In this document: piece by piece, positions 27,107 to 37,155 of the stretch
Position numbering within the stretch: the first letter of the stretch is position 1
Layout of the letters: the number at the start of each line of letters is the position of its first letter
Assembly (NCBI GenBank): GCA_016874795.1
Contig: VGTG01000004.1
Span: 11,734-75,733 of the forward strand
Source of the DNA: Deltaproteobacteria bacterium
GTDB lineage: Bacteria; Desulfobacterota; Binatia; UBA12015
Length of the DNA stretch: 64,000 bases
Direction: 5' to 3'
Notes under the pieces: generated by a model
The model's database searches: none
What the model saw: only the letters and a program-made list of their open reading frames with translations
What the model was told of the DNA's origin: nothing
Made by a program: the position numbers and the translations under genes

Positions 27107-28297
27107 GTGAAGCTCCGTCTGACGAGGGCACAGGAAGAGCTGCGAGACTCGCTGCGGGCCTTTCTCGATGCCGAGCTCCCGCCCGAGCACGAGGAGGGGC
27201 CGGAGTCCGCGGAATGGGCGCCCGACGAGGAGTACGAGTGGATCCGTGCGTTCAACCGCCGCATGGGAGCGGCCGGGTGGCTCGTGCCGCACTGGCCGGT
27301 CGAGTACGGCGGCCGCGGCCTCGGGATCCTGGAGCAGGTGATCGTGCGGGAGGAGCTCGCCTACCGGCGTGCTCCGCTCATCAATCCGAACGGGCTCTCG
27401 ATGCTCGGTCCCATCCTGATGAAGGAGGGAACGGAAGAGCAGAAGGCCCTCCACCTTCCAGGCATCGCGAGCGGCGATGTGATCTGGGCGCAAGGCTACT
27501 CCGAGCCCAACGCCGGCTCGGACCTGGCAGCCCTGCAGATGCGCGCCGAGCGCGACGGAGACGAGTACGTCCTGAACGGCCAGAAGACCTGGACGAGCTC
27601 TGGGATGCGGGCGCAGTGGATGTTCCTCCTCGCGCGGACGTCGAAGGAGAAGCGCCGGCAGGAGGGCATCACGTTTCTCCTCGTCGACATGCGCACGCCG
27701 GGAATCGAGGTCCGGCCGATCGCCTCGATGACCGGAACCGTCACGTTCGCGGAGGAGTTCTTCACCGACGTCCGCGTCCCCATCGAGAACCGCGTCGGAG
27801 AGGAGGGCGACGGTTGGAGAGTCGGGAAGTCGCTCCTCTCCTTCGAGCGCTCGAACATCGCGCGCGCGGCGCGCGAGCGCCGCATCCTCGACGATCTGAT
27901 TGCGTACTGCCGCACGCAGGCGGGAACCCTTCGCGATCCGCTCGCCGACCCGATCGCGCGAAGCGAGCTCGGCCGCATGATCGAGCGCGTCGAGGTGGGC
28001 CGGGCGATCTGCTACCGCGTCGCGGCGATGCAGGCGGAAGGTCACGTGCCGCCGCACATGGCCTCGATCTCGAAGCTCTATCATTCGGAGTTCGCGGCAG
28101 AGCTGGTCGACGTGGGATCGCGCCTCCTCGGCGAGTATGGAAACGTCATGCCGGGCGACCCTCATTGCCTGGCTCGCGGCCAGTTCAGCCTCGGAGTGAT
28201 GAAGCAGCTTCTCCACAAGATTGGCGCCGGAACGAGCGAGATCCAGCGCGACATCATCGCACAGACCGGCGCGCAGCTGCCGAAGTCGGCCAGGTGA
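27107..28297 (+). CDS. Acyl-CoA dehydrogenase
   Basis: Three-domain ACAD (QGYSEPNAGSDLA..., QKTWTS, C-terminal catalytic Glu region IGAGTSEIQRDIIA). GTG start. Confidence 0.85.
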   Translation: MKLRLTRAQEELRDSLRAFLDAELPPEHEEGPESAEWAPDEEYEWIRAFNRRMGAAGWLVPHWPVEYGGRGLGILEQVIVREELAYRRAPLINPNGLSMLGPILMKEGTEEQKALHLPGIASGDVIWAQGYSEPNAGSDLAALQMRAERDGDEYVLNGQKTWTSSGMRAQWMFLLARTSKEKRRQEGITFLLVDMRTPGIEVRPIASMTGTVTFAEEFFTDVRVPIENRVGEEGDGWRVGKSLLSFERSNIARAARERRILDDLIAYCRTQAGTLRDPLADPIARSELGRMIERVEVGRAICYRVAAMQAEGHVPPHMASISKLYHSEFAAELVDVGSRLLGEYGNVMPGDPHCLARGQFSLGVMKQLLHKIGAGTSEIQRDIIAQTGAQLPKSAR

Positions 28298-28489
28298 GTA
28301 GAGCACCTCGGGGCGGACGCGTTCCCGAACGAGGGAAGCCTCGCATCGCGATCGCTGCGAAAGATCACCTGCGGCGGAGCCGCTCGACGAAGAAGCTCGG
28401 CGGCTCCTGGACGTGACTGTCCGCCGAGATCAAGGGCAAGCTGTCGATATCCACGACTCCTCCTTCGCTCGCGTCCGGGAAATCCTGGC

Positions 28490-29071
28490 TCACGTGCTCT
28501 TCCGTTTCCCGGAGTTCGACCCGGGGGCGCGCCCCTCGAGCTCCTTCCAGAATCGATCCCAGCTCGGCCACGCTTCGGGAAGGCGTCCCGTCCCGAGGCC
28601 GTCATCGCCGATCCCGGCTCCCGCGCGCGGACGCTCCAGCGCGTCCACCATGAACCATCGGTGGAGCTTGCGGCGGACGAAGTACCAGCGGCCGTCGCGC
28701 CGCTCGTAGCGGTCCCAGTACTGGACGTACCCGTTGCCCCAGTCGCGGTGACGGTCGATCTCCTCGCGACAGTAGACGACGCCGCTGGCGTGATCGGCGT
28801 CCTCGAAGTCGAAGACGTGGTTCGCGACGAGGTGGATGCTCGTACCGACGCGCGCGAGCGCTTCCAGGAACCACGCACGGAGCGCTTCGCGTCCAGAGGC
28901 GTCGCGTCCGACGCGCACGTCCTCCACGAAGAGCTCGACCAGATCGTCGAGGTTCCGCGTGTCGATCGCGAGAGCGTAGCGATGCGGGAGCTGGCGAATC
29001 TCCTCGACGCTCTCGAGGCGATCGATCCGCGCAGCGAGGTCGCGGGGGCGATGAGGGTCGTCTCGGGACAT
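28490..29071 (-). CDS. SnoaL-like / NTF2-fold protein
   Basis: About 190 aa with alpha+beta cone-fold composition, adjacent and divergent to a P450. The start was chosen at the internal ATG (MSRDDPH). Confidence 0.55.
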   Translation of the reverse strand: MSRDDPHRPRDLAARIDRLESVEEIRQLPHRYALAIDTRNLDDLVELFVEDVRVGRDASGREALRAWFLEALARVGTSIHLVANHVFDFEDADHASGVVYCREEIDRHRDWGNGYVQYWDRYERRDGRWYFVRRKLHRWFMVDALERPRAGAGIGDDGLGTGRLPEAWPSWDRFWKELEGRAPGSNSGKRKST

Positions 29072-29126
29072 CGAGCCTCCGATGCAGGCTTTCGCCATAT
29101 TGTGCGATGAAACAAAAGTTGATTAT

Positions 29127-30329
29127 ATGTCCGATGTGTCGGTTTCCGGCAACTTCGACTTCCGCCCGGACGACGCCGGATGGTACCTCGGCGATCCGCA
29201 CGCCGCGTACCGGCGGCTCCGTCGCGAGGCTCCGTTGCACTGGTATGAGCCCGATCGCTTCTGGTTTCTCACCAAGCACGCCGACGTCTTCGCGGTGTCG
29301 AAGGACCCGGCGACCTTCTGCAGCAGCAAGGGGTTCCGGATCCACGACAACCTGCGCACGGGGGGCGGCATCGAGGGGATTCCGCCGTCGATCCTCGGCA
29401 TGGACCCTCCCGATCACACGCGATACCGAGGACTCGTCAGCCGCTTTTTCACGCCGCGCTCCATGAACCACATCGAGGAGCGGATTCGCGAGATCGCCCG
29501 CGAGGCGCTCGATCGGATCGAGACCGGAAAGGTCGTCGACTTCGTCGAGCTCGTCTCGGTCCCGCTACCCGTTCTCGTGATTGCGGAGCTCCTGGGCGTT
29601 CCGCTGGAAGATCAGAAGAAGTTCAAGGAGTGGTCCGACGATCTCATCGCGGCGAACGACGGGAACATGGAGGCGGTCGGACGCGTCGCGGACCTCTTCG
29701 CGTACATGATCGGGCATGCACTCGATCGACGCAGTGCGCCGCGGGACGATCTCCTCACGGTCGTCGCGACGGGCGAGCCGAACGGTCGCCTTCTGGACGA
29801 CATGGAGCTCGGTATCTTCGGCGTCTCGCTCCTCGGTGCGGGGAACGAGACCACGCGCAATGCGATCTCCGGCGGCGCGATCGCGCTCATGGAGAACCCC
29901 GAGCAACGGGCCCTTCTCGTCGAAGACCCGTCGCGGATCGCAAGTGCGGTCGAGGAGATCGTGCGCTGGGTTTCGCCGATCAAGTCCTTCGCGCGTACCG
30001 CCACGTGCAATACCGAGATCCGGGGCCAGCGGATCGCGGCAGGGGATTTCGTGGTGCTGAGCTACACCTCCGCGAACCGCGACGAGGAGGTCTACGGTCC
30101 CACCGCTGAAGAGCTCGACGTTCGTCGTACCGGAGCGGCAGCACATCTGGGCTTCGGCGTGGGACAGCACTTCTGCCTGGGAGCCCATCTCGCGCGGCTC
30201 GAGCTCAAGATCCTCTTCGAGGAGCTGCTCGCGCGCTTTCCGCGATTCGAGCTCGCCGGAGAAGTGCAGAGGCTTCGCTCCACGCTCATCAACGGCGTCG
30301 AGCACCTCCCCGTCGTCTTCTCGTCCTGA
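29127..30329 (+). CDS. Cytochrome P450
   Basis: Heme-thiolate loop FGVGQHFCLGAHLARLE, I-helix GAGNETT, K-helix EEIVRW. Confidence 0.85.
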   Translation: MSDVSVSGNFDFRPDDAGWYLGDPHAAYRRLRREAPLHWYEPDRFWFLTKHADVFAVSKDPATFCSSKGFRIHDNLRTGGGIEGIPPSILGMDPPDHTRYRGLVSRFFTPRSMNHIEERIREIAREALDRIETGKVVDFVELVSVPLPVLVIAELLGVPLEDQKKFKEWSDDLIAANDGNMEAVGRVADLFAYMIGHALDRRSAPRDDLLTVVATGEPNGRLLDDMELGIFGVSLLGAGNETTRNAISGGAIALMENPEQRALLVEDPSRIASAVEEIVRWVSPIKSFARTATCNTEIRGQRIAAGDFVVLSYTSANRDEEVYGPTAEELDVRRTGAAAHLGFGVGQHFCLGAHLARLELKILFEELLARFPRFELAGEVQRLRSTLINGVEHLPVVFSS

Positions 30330-30363
30330 GCGCCGCGCGGAGGAGCGTCACGGAGGAACGTCC

Positions 30364-31683
30364 ATGAGTCTCCCGGTCGAAGATCTCGTCCTGGTGTCCG
30401 TCGACGATCACCTCGTCGAGCCGCCAGACATGTTCGAACGGCACGTCCCGGCGACCTATCGAGACCGCGCGCCGCGCATCGAGGAGCGCAACGGTACGCA
30501 GGCCTGGGTCTTCGAGGGGAGAGTGACCCCGAACATCGGGCTTGCAGCGACCGTCGGACGGCCGCGCGAGGAGCTCGGTCTCGAGCCCAATCGCTTCGAT
30601 CAGATGCGAGAGGGGTGCTACGACGTCGACGCCCGCGTTCAGGACATGAACGCGAACGGAACGTTCGCCTCCCTCTGCTTCCCGACGGTGCCCGGCATCC
30701 ACGGCGCGCTCTTCAGCAGGGTCGAGGACCGCCAAATCGGTCTCGTCATGCTGCAGGCGTACAACGACTGGCACCGGGAAGAATGGGTCGGGGCGCACCC
30801 GACGCGCTTCCTGCCTCTGGCGCAGATTCCGTACTGGGACCCGAAGCTCGCGGCGGACGAGGTCCGGCGCATGGCTCGTCGGGGATGCCGAGCGTTCAAC
30901 TTCTGCCAGAACGTGTCGGCGATGGGGTTTCCGAGCATCCACGACCCGCACTGGGATCCCTTCTTCACGGCAGTCTGCGACGTGGGCGGTGTGCTCACCG
31001 TCCATCTCGGAACCAGCGGCAAGGCGATGTTCAACTCGATGGACGCGCCCTACAGCGGCTACATGGCGATGGTGAACATCGACATGGCGAGCTTCGCCTG
31101 CGACCTCATCTTTTCGCCCGTCTTACAGCGGTTTCCGCACCTGCGGATTGCAATGTCGGAAGGCGGCATCGGCTGGATCCCGTTCTTCCTCGAGCGGTGC
31201 AAATGGATCCACGAGCGCCACAGCATCTGGGCGCACGATGACCTCGGCGGCCGAACGCCGCTCGAGGTCTTTCGCGAGCACTTCCTCACCTGCTTCATCG
31301 ACGACCCATGCGGCATCGAGATGCGCGACAAGATCGGGATCGACCTGATCAGCTGGGAGTGCGACTACCCGCACTCCGACACGACCTGGCCCGAGTCTCC
31401 CGAGTTCATGGCCAAGCAGCTCGAGGGCTTGACCGCCGACGAGATCGACAAGATCACGCATCGAAACGCGCTCCGCTTCTTCGGATCGGACGTGCTCGAG
31501 CAGGTCGGCCGCGAGAACGCGAACGTGAAGGCGCTGCGCGCGAAGGCCGCGGGGCTCGACCTGCGCGCGCCGAGCGCCGAAGGCATGACGGGTCCGCCCA
31601 AGGGCGAGAAGCGTCAGCTCCGCGTGAGCGACCTCATGTACCAGATCATGGGAGGGGGCACCGAGGCCCGGGGCTCGACGTGA
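30364..31683 (+). CDS. Amidohydrolase-2 family metal-dependent hydrolase (PF04909-like)
   Basis: LVLVSVDDHLVEPP...WECDYPHSD. 439 aa. Confidence 0.85.
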   Translation: MSLPVEDLVLVSVDDHLVEPPDMFERHVPATYRDRAPRIEERNGTQAWVFEGRVTPNIGLAATVGRPREELGLEPNRFDQMREGCYDVDARVQDMNANGTFASLCFPTVPGIHGALFSRVEDRQIGLVMLQAYNDWHREEWVGAHPTRFLPLAQIPYWDPKLAADEVRRMARRGCRAFNFCQNVSAMGFPSIHDPHWDPFFTAVCDVGGVLTVHLGTSGKAMFNSMDAPYSGYMAMVNIDMASFACDLIFSPVLQRFPHLRIAMSEGGIGWIPFFLERCKWIHERHSIWAHDDLGGRTPLEVFREHFLTCFIDDPCGIEMRDKIGIDLISWECDYPHSDTTWPESPEFMAKQLEGLTADEIDKITHRNALRFFGSDVLEQVGRENANVKALRAKAAGLDLRAPSAEGMTGPPKGEKRQLRVSDLMYQIMGGGTEARGST

Positions 31684-33287
31684 CGGTGCGCGGCGGGATC
31701 CCGGATCCCGGCTATGACACGTTTCCCGCCATGCTGCGCCACCTCTGCGAGCGGTTCGGCGCTCGCGAGTGCGTCGTGATCGGAGACGACCGGCTCCGCT
31801 TCGCGGAAGCGGACGCCGCGTCGGCGCGACTCGCGCGGCGGCTTCTCGCGAGCGGCGTCGGGAAGGGGACCCGCGTCGGACTTCTTGCTCCGAACGGTCC
31901 GGATTTCGTCATCGGGATGCTCGCCGTCTGCCGGCTCGGCGCGATCCTCGTACCCATCAATACCTTCTTTCAGGCAGACGAGCTCGCATGGACGCTTCGC
32001 CATGCCGACGTGCAGACGCTGCTGACGGTGCCGCGGCTCCTCTCACACGACTACCTGGCCCGACTCGAGGAAGCGGTGCCGGGCCTTCGCTCGGCCGCGG
32101 GACCAGACCTGCTCCTCCCATCGATGCCGTACCTCCGGCAGATTCGCGTGCTCGGAGAGAGCGACCGTCGCTGGTGCCGAACGGAAACGCGCGCCGAGGA
32201 TGCCGGCTCTCCGATGGTCGATGCGGACCTGCTCGACGCGATCGAGGCTCGAGTGTGCACGTCCGACGAAGCGCTCATCATCTACACCTCGGGCAGCACG
32301 GCCGAGCCGAAGGGTATCGTGCACACGCAAGGAGCGCTCGTCCGGCACGCCTGGTGGCTCGGTCGGGAGCACGGCTTCGTCCCGGAAGATCGCGTGTTCA
32401 CGCCGAACGCTTTCTTCTTCATAGGCGGCTTCGTGTTCAGCTTGCTCGCGCCCATGCAGATGGGCGCGTGCCTGATCTGCGAGGAGCGCTTCGAGCCCGG
32501 CGAGACCCTCGCGCGAATCGAGAGGGAGCGGGCGACGATCGTCACCGGGTGGCCGCACTACGGTCCGGCGATGGCGCGACACGAGAGCTTCTTGCGAAGG
32601 GACCTCTCCGCCGTCCGTGCGGGCTATCTCTTCGAGATCTTGCCGCCAGGCGCCGTGCGCTTCCATTACAGCCTCGGGATGACGGAGACGTGCGGCTCGC
32701 ATTGCTTCTGGCCGCCGGAACGGGAGCTACCCGCGGGTTCGCTCGGCGTGGCCGTTCCCGGCGTCGAGCACGATGTGATCGATCCGGAGAGCGGCGCAGC
32801 GCTTCCGCCCGGGGAGCCCGGCGAGCTTCGCGTCCGAGGCTACACGGTGATGCAGGGCATGTATGGTCGCACGCGCGAGGAAGTGCTCGAGCCCGACGGC
32901 TGGTACCGCACCGGCGATCGCGTCACTCTCGACGAGAACGGTCACGTCTACTTCCACGGCCGCCTCGGCGACCTGATCAAGACGGGCGGTGCGAACGTCT
33001 CGCCGCAAGAGGTCGAGCGCGCTCTCGCGGAGCTGCAGGGCGTCCTCGAAGCGCACGTCGTCGGGCTACCGGACGCCGAGCGAGGTCAGCTCGTCGCCGC
33101 CGCGGTCGTGCTCGACGGAAGCGTCCCTCTCGAAGCGGACGAGCTCCGCTCGGAGCTTCGAGCGAAGCTGGCCGCCTACAAGGTCCCGAAGCGGTTCGAC
33201 TTCTTCGCGAAGCAGGACCTGCCGTACAAGGCGACCGGCAAGATCGACAAGCGAGCGCTCGTCGAGCGGATGGGGGGAAGCAGATGA
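31679..33287 (+). CDS. Acyl-CoA synthetase (AMP-forming, ANL superfamily)
   Basis: IIYTSGSTAEPKGIVHT is the P-loop/A3 motif, with YSLGMTE, and GWYRTGDR...GRLGDLIKTGGANVSPQEVE (A8 to A10). The GTG start overlaps the upstream stop. Confidence 0.8.
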
Positions 33288-34522
33288 GAGCCAACGCGAT
33301 GGATCGGGATCTGTCCCCGGACCTCCTCCTCGAACCGTCCATCATCGACGATCCGTACGACTTCTATCGTCGTCTCGTTTCGGAAGCTCCGGTGTGGCAC
33401 GTGCCCGGGACGGACATCGTGATCGTGAGCTCCTGGGAGGCCGTGACGCAGGTCGTGAACCGCGTCGAAGACTTCTCTTCGAACATCCACTCGATCCTTT
33501 GCCGGAGCGCGCTCGGCACCCCGGAGCTGGTCCCCATGGGATTCGGCGGTCTCCAGGCGCTCGCCACCGCCGATCCGCCGATGCACGGAGCGCATCGGAG
33601 CACGGTGTTTCCGGAGCTCGTCGCCCGCCGGATGGCCGGACTCCGAACGAGCATCGAAGCGCTCACGGAAGAGTGCCTCACCCACGCACTGTCGAAGCGT
33701 CGGTTCGAGGTGATGGGCGACCTGGCCAACCTGATCCCGATCCGGGTCGTGAGCCAGCTGATCGCCTTCCGGGGCGCGGACCCCGCGGCGCTGCTCGCCG
33801 CCGCATTCGACTCCACCGCGATGCTCGCCGCGACGCTACCGCTCGAGGGGATTCAAGCGCTCATGGCACGTACGGTCGACATCGCGACCTGGATCGCCGA
33901 CCAGCTGCAGCAATCCGTCATTCAGGGCGGGGAAGGAATCTTCGGAGTGATCGGCGCGGCCGTGGCCGCCGGGGAGATGGAATTCGACGCGGGGCTCGTC
34001 ATCCTGCACACGCTGCTGAGCGCCGGCGGCGAATCGACGACGAGCCTTCTCGGCAACGCGATCCACATGCTCGCTCTCGATCCGCGATTGCAGACTCGGC
34101 TTCGCACCGAGCCACACCTCGTCGTGCCCTTCATCGAAGAAGCTCTCCGGCTCGAGTCGCCATTCCGCTACCATCTTCGCCGCGCGAGTCGCGCGAGCGA
34201 GGTGCAGGGTGTCGGCATTCCAGCGGGATCGACGCTGCTGCTCTTCTGGGGTGCTGCCAACCGCGATCCGGCCGAGTTCGAGCGTGCCGACGACGTGATG
34301 CTCGATCGAGCCACTCCGAAGCACCACGTCGCGTTCGGACGGGGAATCCACTTCTGCGTCGGCGCGCCGCTCGCTCGCCTCGAGGCGGAGATCGTCCTCA
34401 CGCGGCTTCTTGCGCAAACCGAGCACTTCGAGCTCGATCCAGATGCCGTGCCCGAACGGGTCGACAGCCTGATGGTTCGTCGCTTCGACACCTTGCCGTT
34501 GGTGGCGGAGTTGAGCTCTTGA
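33284..34522 (+). CDS. Cytochrome P450 (second)
   Basis: FGRGIHFCVGAPLARLE, ESPFRY (EXXR/PERF region). Confidence 0.85.
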   Translation: MRANAMDRDLSPDLLLEPSIIDDPYDFYRRLVSEAPVWHVPGTDIVIVSSWEAVTQVVNRVEDFSSNIHSILCRSALGTPELVPMGFGGLQALATADPPMHGAHRSTVFPELVARRMAGLRTSIEALTEECLTHALSKRRFEVMGDLANLIPIRVVSQLIAFRGADPAALLAAAFDSTAMLAATLPLEGIQALMARTVDIATWIADQLQQSVIQGGEGIFGVIGAAVAAGEMEFDAGLVILHTLLSAGGESTTSLLGNAIHMLALDPRLQTRLRTEPHLVVPFIEEALRLESPFRYHLRRASRASEVQGVGIPAGSTLLLFWGAANRDPAEFERADDVMLDRATPKHHVAFGRGIHFCVGAPLARLEAEIVLTRLLAQTEHFELDPDAVPERVDSLMVRRFDTLPLVAELSS

Positions 34523-34534
34523 TGATCGGCCGTC

Positions 34535-36061
34535 TCAGGACGGATCGCCGACGAATATTGCGCGTACCTCGGGCTGGCTGACCTTGAGCGACGGCGTGCG
34601 CGGCAAGGCGGGCACGATCCGGATCTCGGCAGGGACCGCGTACGTCGCGAGGTGCTCCCGCGCGAACCGAAGGAGCGTTTCGCCGTCGACCACGGCGTCA
34701 TCATGCAGCTCGACGGCGGCGACGGGAATCTGACCGAGACGCGGGTCGGGGAGGCCAACCACGCAGGCGTCACGCACGGCAGGATGCGCGATGAGCGCTT
34801 GCACCACGTCGCTGGGCAGGATCTTGAAGCCGCCGCGCAGGATCGCATCGTCGTCGCGTCCGACGATCCAGAGGAAGCCGTCGGCGTCGATGCGGCCGAG
34901 ATCGGTCGTCCGCTGCCACGCACCTTCGCGAGCGGAGCGGACCTCGATCCGTCCGGTCTCGCCTTCGGAAAGGGGATCGCCCGACACCCCGTCGACGATG
35001 CGCACATCGCGTCCGGGCTGCGGGCGACCGACGCTTCCTCGCTTCGTCTCTCCCCACTCGCGGTGCAACGCGAGCGTCCAGCCGGCGACGCCGCCCGCAA
35101 ACTCGGTTGCGCCGTAGGAAGGAAGGACCGGGATCCCATAGCGGAGTTCGAACGCGAGCTGCACCTGCGGGTCGAGCTTCGCGGTCCCGGACGTGACGAC
35201 CTGGATGCTCGACAGGTCGGCCGGATCGACGTCCGCTTCCAGCACCATGCGCACCGCCGTCGGGACGAGGCTCACGGCGCGCGGGCGGTGACGGCGTACG
35301 AGATCGACCCACGACTCCACTGCGAAGCGTGGCAAGAGCGCGATCTTGCGACCCTCGCAGACGTTCAGGAGCGTGCGGAAGAGCCCCGACATGTGAACGA
35401 AGGGAGAGCTCACGATGGCGACACCCTTCGCGAGCCGCGGAGCGTCGTCGGCGTCGCCCTTGGTGGCGTAGTGGCTCTTCGCCGCCGTGATCGTGCGCTC
35501 GAAGGCCGCGCGCTCGAGCGGAATCCTCTTCGGCGGACCAGTCGTGCCGCTCGTCAGCATCTCGACCGCGACGCCGCGCGACGCCGCGCGGTGCGGCCCG
35601 CTGCCGGCGCGCTCGAGGCCGGGAGCGAGCCTCACGGGATCGAGAGGATCCCCGGTCAGGACGATGCCGACCGCCTTCGTTTCCAGCGCCGCTGCTCGGA
35701 TCGAAGCGCGCTCCCAGTCCTCGGCCGCCGCGAGAACGACCCGGGTGCGCACGTCCACGATGTCGCGTGCGACCTTCGCATCTCCCTGATGCGGGTTCAG
35801 CGTCACGATGCACCGCTCGGCCACGACGGCGCTGAGCATCGCGGCGACCATCGGCGGCGTGTTGCGCAGGAGCATCCCGATCGGTCCGTGCGGATCGGGG
35901 TCGGCCTTCGTCAGGATCTCGGCCAGCCCGTCGATCACACGGGAAAGGTCGCGCCAGGAATGCCACCTTCCCTCGAGCTCGATCGCCGGAGCGTCGGGGT
36001 CGATGGCAAGGATCGCGTGAACGCGCTCGGCGAGGGTGGCCGACGCCTCGCGCGCCGTCAT
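34535..36061 (-). CDS. Acyl-CoA synthetase / AMP-dependent ligase (second, divergent type)
   Basis: LTSGTTGPPKRIPL (A3), SYGATEFAG (A5), DLGRIDADGFLWIVGRDDDAILRGGFKILPSDV (A8-A10). The true start was chosen at MTAREAS. The stop overlaps the next ACAD start (ATGA). Confidence 0.8.
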   Translation of the reverse strand: MTAREASATLAERVHAILAIDPDAPAIELEGRWHSWRDLSRVIDGLAEILTKADPDPHGPIGMLLRNTPPMVAAMLSAVVAERCIVTLNPHQGDAKVARDIVDVRTRVVLAAAEDWERASIRAAALETKAVGIVLTGDPLDPVRLAPGLERAGSGPHRAASRGVAVEMLTSGTTGPPKRIPLERAAFERTITAAKSHYATKGDADDAPRLAKGVAIVSSPFVHMSGLFRTLLNVCEGRKIALLPRFAVESWVDLVRRHRPRAVSLVPTAVRMVLEADVDPADLSSIQVVTSGTAKLDPQVQLAFELRYGIPVLPSYGATEFAGGVAGWTLALHREWGETKRGSVGRPQPGRDVRIVDGVSGDPLSEGETGRIEVRSAREGAWQRTTDLGRIDADGFLWIVGRDDDAILRGGFKILPSDVVQALIAHPAVRDACVVGLPDPRLGQIPVAAVELHDDAVVDGETLLRFAREHLATYAVPAEIRIVPALPRTPSLKVSQPEVRAIFVGDPS

Positions 36062-37155
36062 GCGAGCGTCTCCTCGAGATGGCGGACGACGTCTTCGCGA
36101 AAGCCGCTCCGCTCTCCGAGAAGCGCCGTCAGCGTCGCGGCTCTTCGCAGGAAGAGATGGATGTCGTGCTCCCAGGTGGTCCCGATCCCGCCGAAGACCT
36201 GCAAGGCACCCTCCGGCACCTTGCGAAGATCGTCCAGAGCGGCGAACGCGGCCATCGAGGCGAGAGCACTCCGCTCCTCCCCGCTGGCGCGGGCCGCGCC
36301 CTGACAAAGAGCCCGAGCGACCTCCACGTGAGCGCGCAGGTTCACCAGGCGATGCTGGATCGCCTGAAAGCTTCCGATGGGGCGATCGAACGCGACCCGG
36401 GTCTTGGCGTACTCGACCGCGAGCTCGAGAGCCCGGTCGGCGACGCCGACGAGCTCGGCGCAACGCGCGATCGTCTCGAGGGAGAGTGCATCGCGCAGAA
36501 CCCTTCGCGCTTCGTCGTCCCGGGCGATCGGCTTCGCGTCGACGTCGCGCAGCCGGATCTCCGCGCACGGCGAGCCGTCGAGCAAGCGGAGCGCGCGTCG
36601 ATCCACGCCCGTCGTCTCGGCCTCGACCTCGTACAGGCCGAACGCGCCGTCTCGGGTCGTGGCACCGACGATCAGCCGCTCGGCTTCCCGTCCGTACGGA
36701 ACGAAGCGCTTCTCCCCGGTCAGGCGGAATCCGCCGTCGGCCTCGACCGCGACGGCGCTCGTCCGTAGGCGATCGCTCGTCCTCTCGCCCTCACCGTGCG
36801 CGAGAATCGCCAGCTCCGAAAACCTGGCCATCTGCGTCCCGCGCAGGATCGCTCGTCCGACTACGCAGGGAACGAGCGGCGTCGGCGCCAGCGCGCGTCC
36901 CGTTTCCTCCGCGATGGCGCAGAGCTGGGTCGCGCCGAGTGAACCTTCGGATTCGGCCGCGAACGGATCGATCTCGTGCCAGCCGAGACGCCTCATTCCC
37001 TCCCAGAGCGCGGGCGCATCGGCGAGCCCGTCCCCTTCGATGCACGCGCGCAGCGACGAGAGCGACCACTCGCGCCGAAGGAAGTCGGCGGCCGCTTCTC
37101 GGACCGCGATCCGTCGCTCTTCGGCTCCGGCGAGCTCTTCGAGGTTGCGAGTCAT
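36058..37155 (-). CDS. Acyl-CoA dehydrogenase family protein (shorter, about 365 aa), likely the partner subunit of the adjacent ACAD
   Basis: ACAD C-terminal helical domain (FDRPIGSFQAIQHRL...). Both ends overlap neighbouring genes by 4 nt. Confidence 0.8.
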   Translation of the reverse strand: MTRNLEELAGAEERRIAVREAAADFLRREWSLSSLRACIEGDGLADAPALWEGMRRLGWHEIDPFAAESEGSLGATQLCAIAEETGRALAPTPLVPCVVGRAILRGTQMARFSELAILAHGEGERTSDRLRTSAVAVEADGGFRLTGEKRFVPYGREAERLIVGATTRDGAFGLYEVEAETTGVDRRALRLLDGSPCAEIRLRDVDAKPIARDDEARRVLRDALSLETIARCAELVGVADRALELAVEYAKTRVAFDRPIGSFQAIQHRLVNLRAHVEVARALCQGAARASGEERSALASMAAFAALDDLRKVPEGALQVFGGIGTTWEHDIHLFLRRAATLTALLGERSGFREDVVRHLEETLA

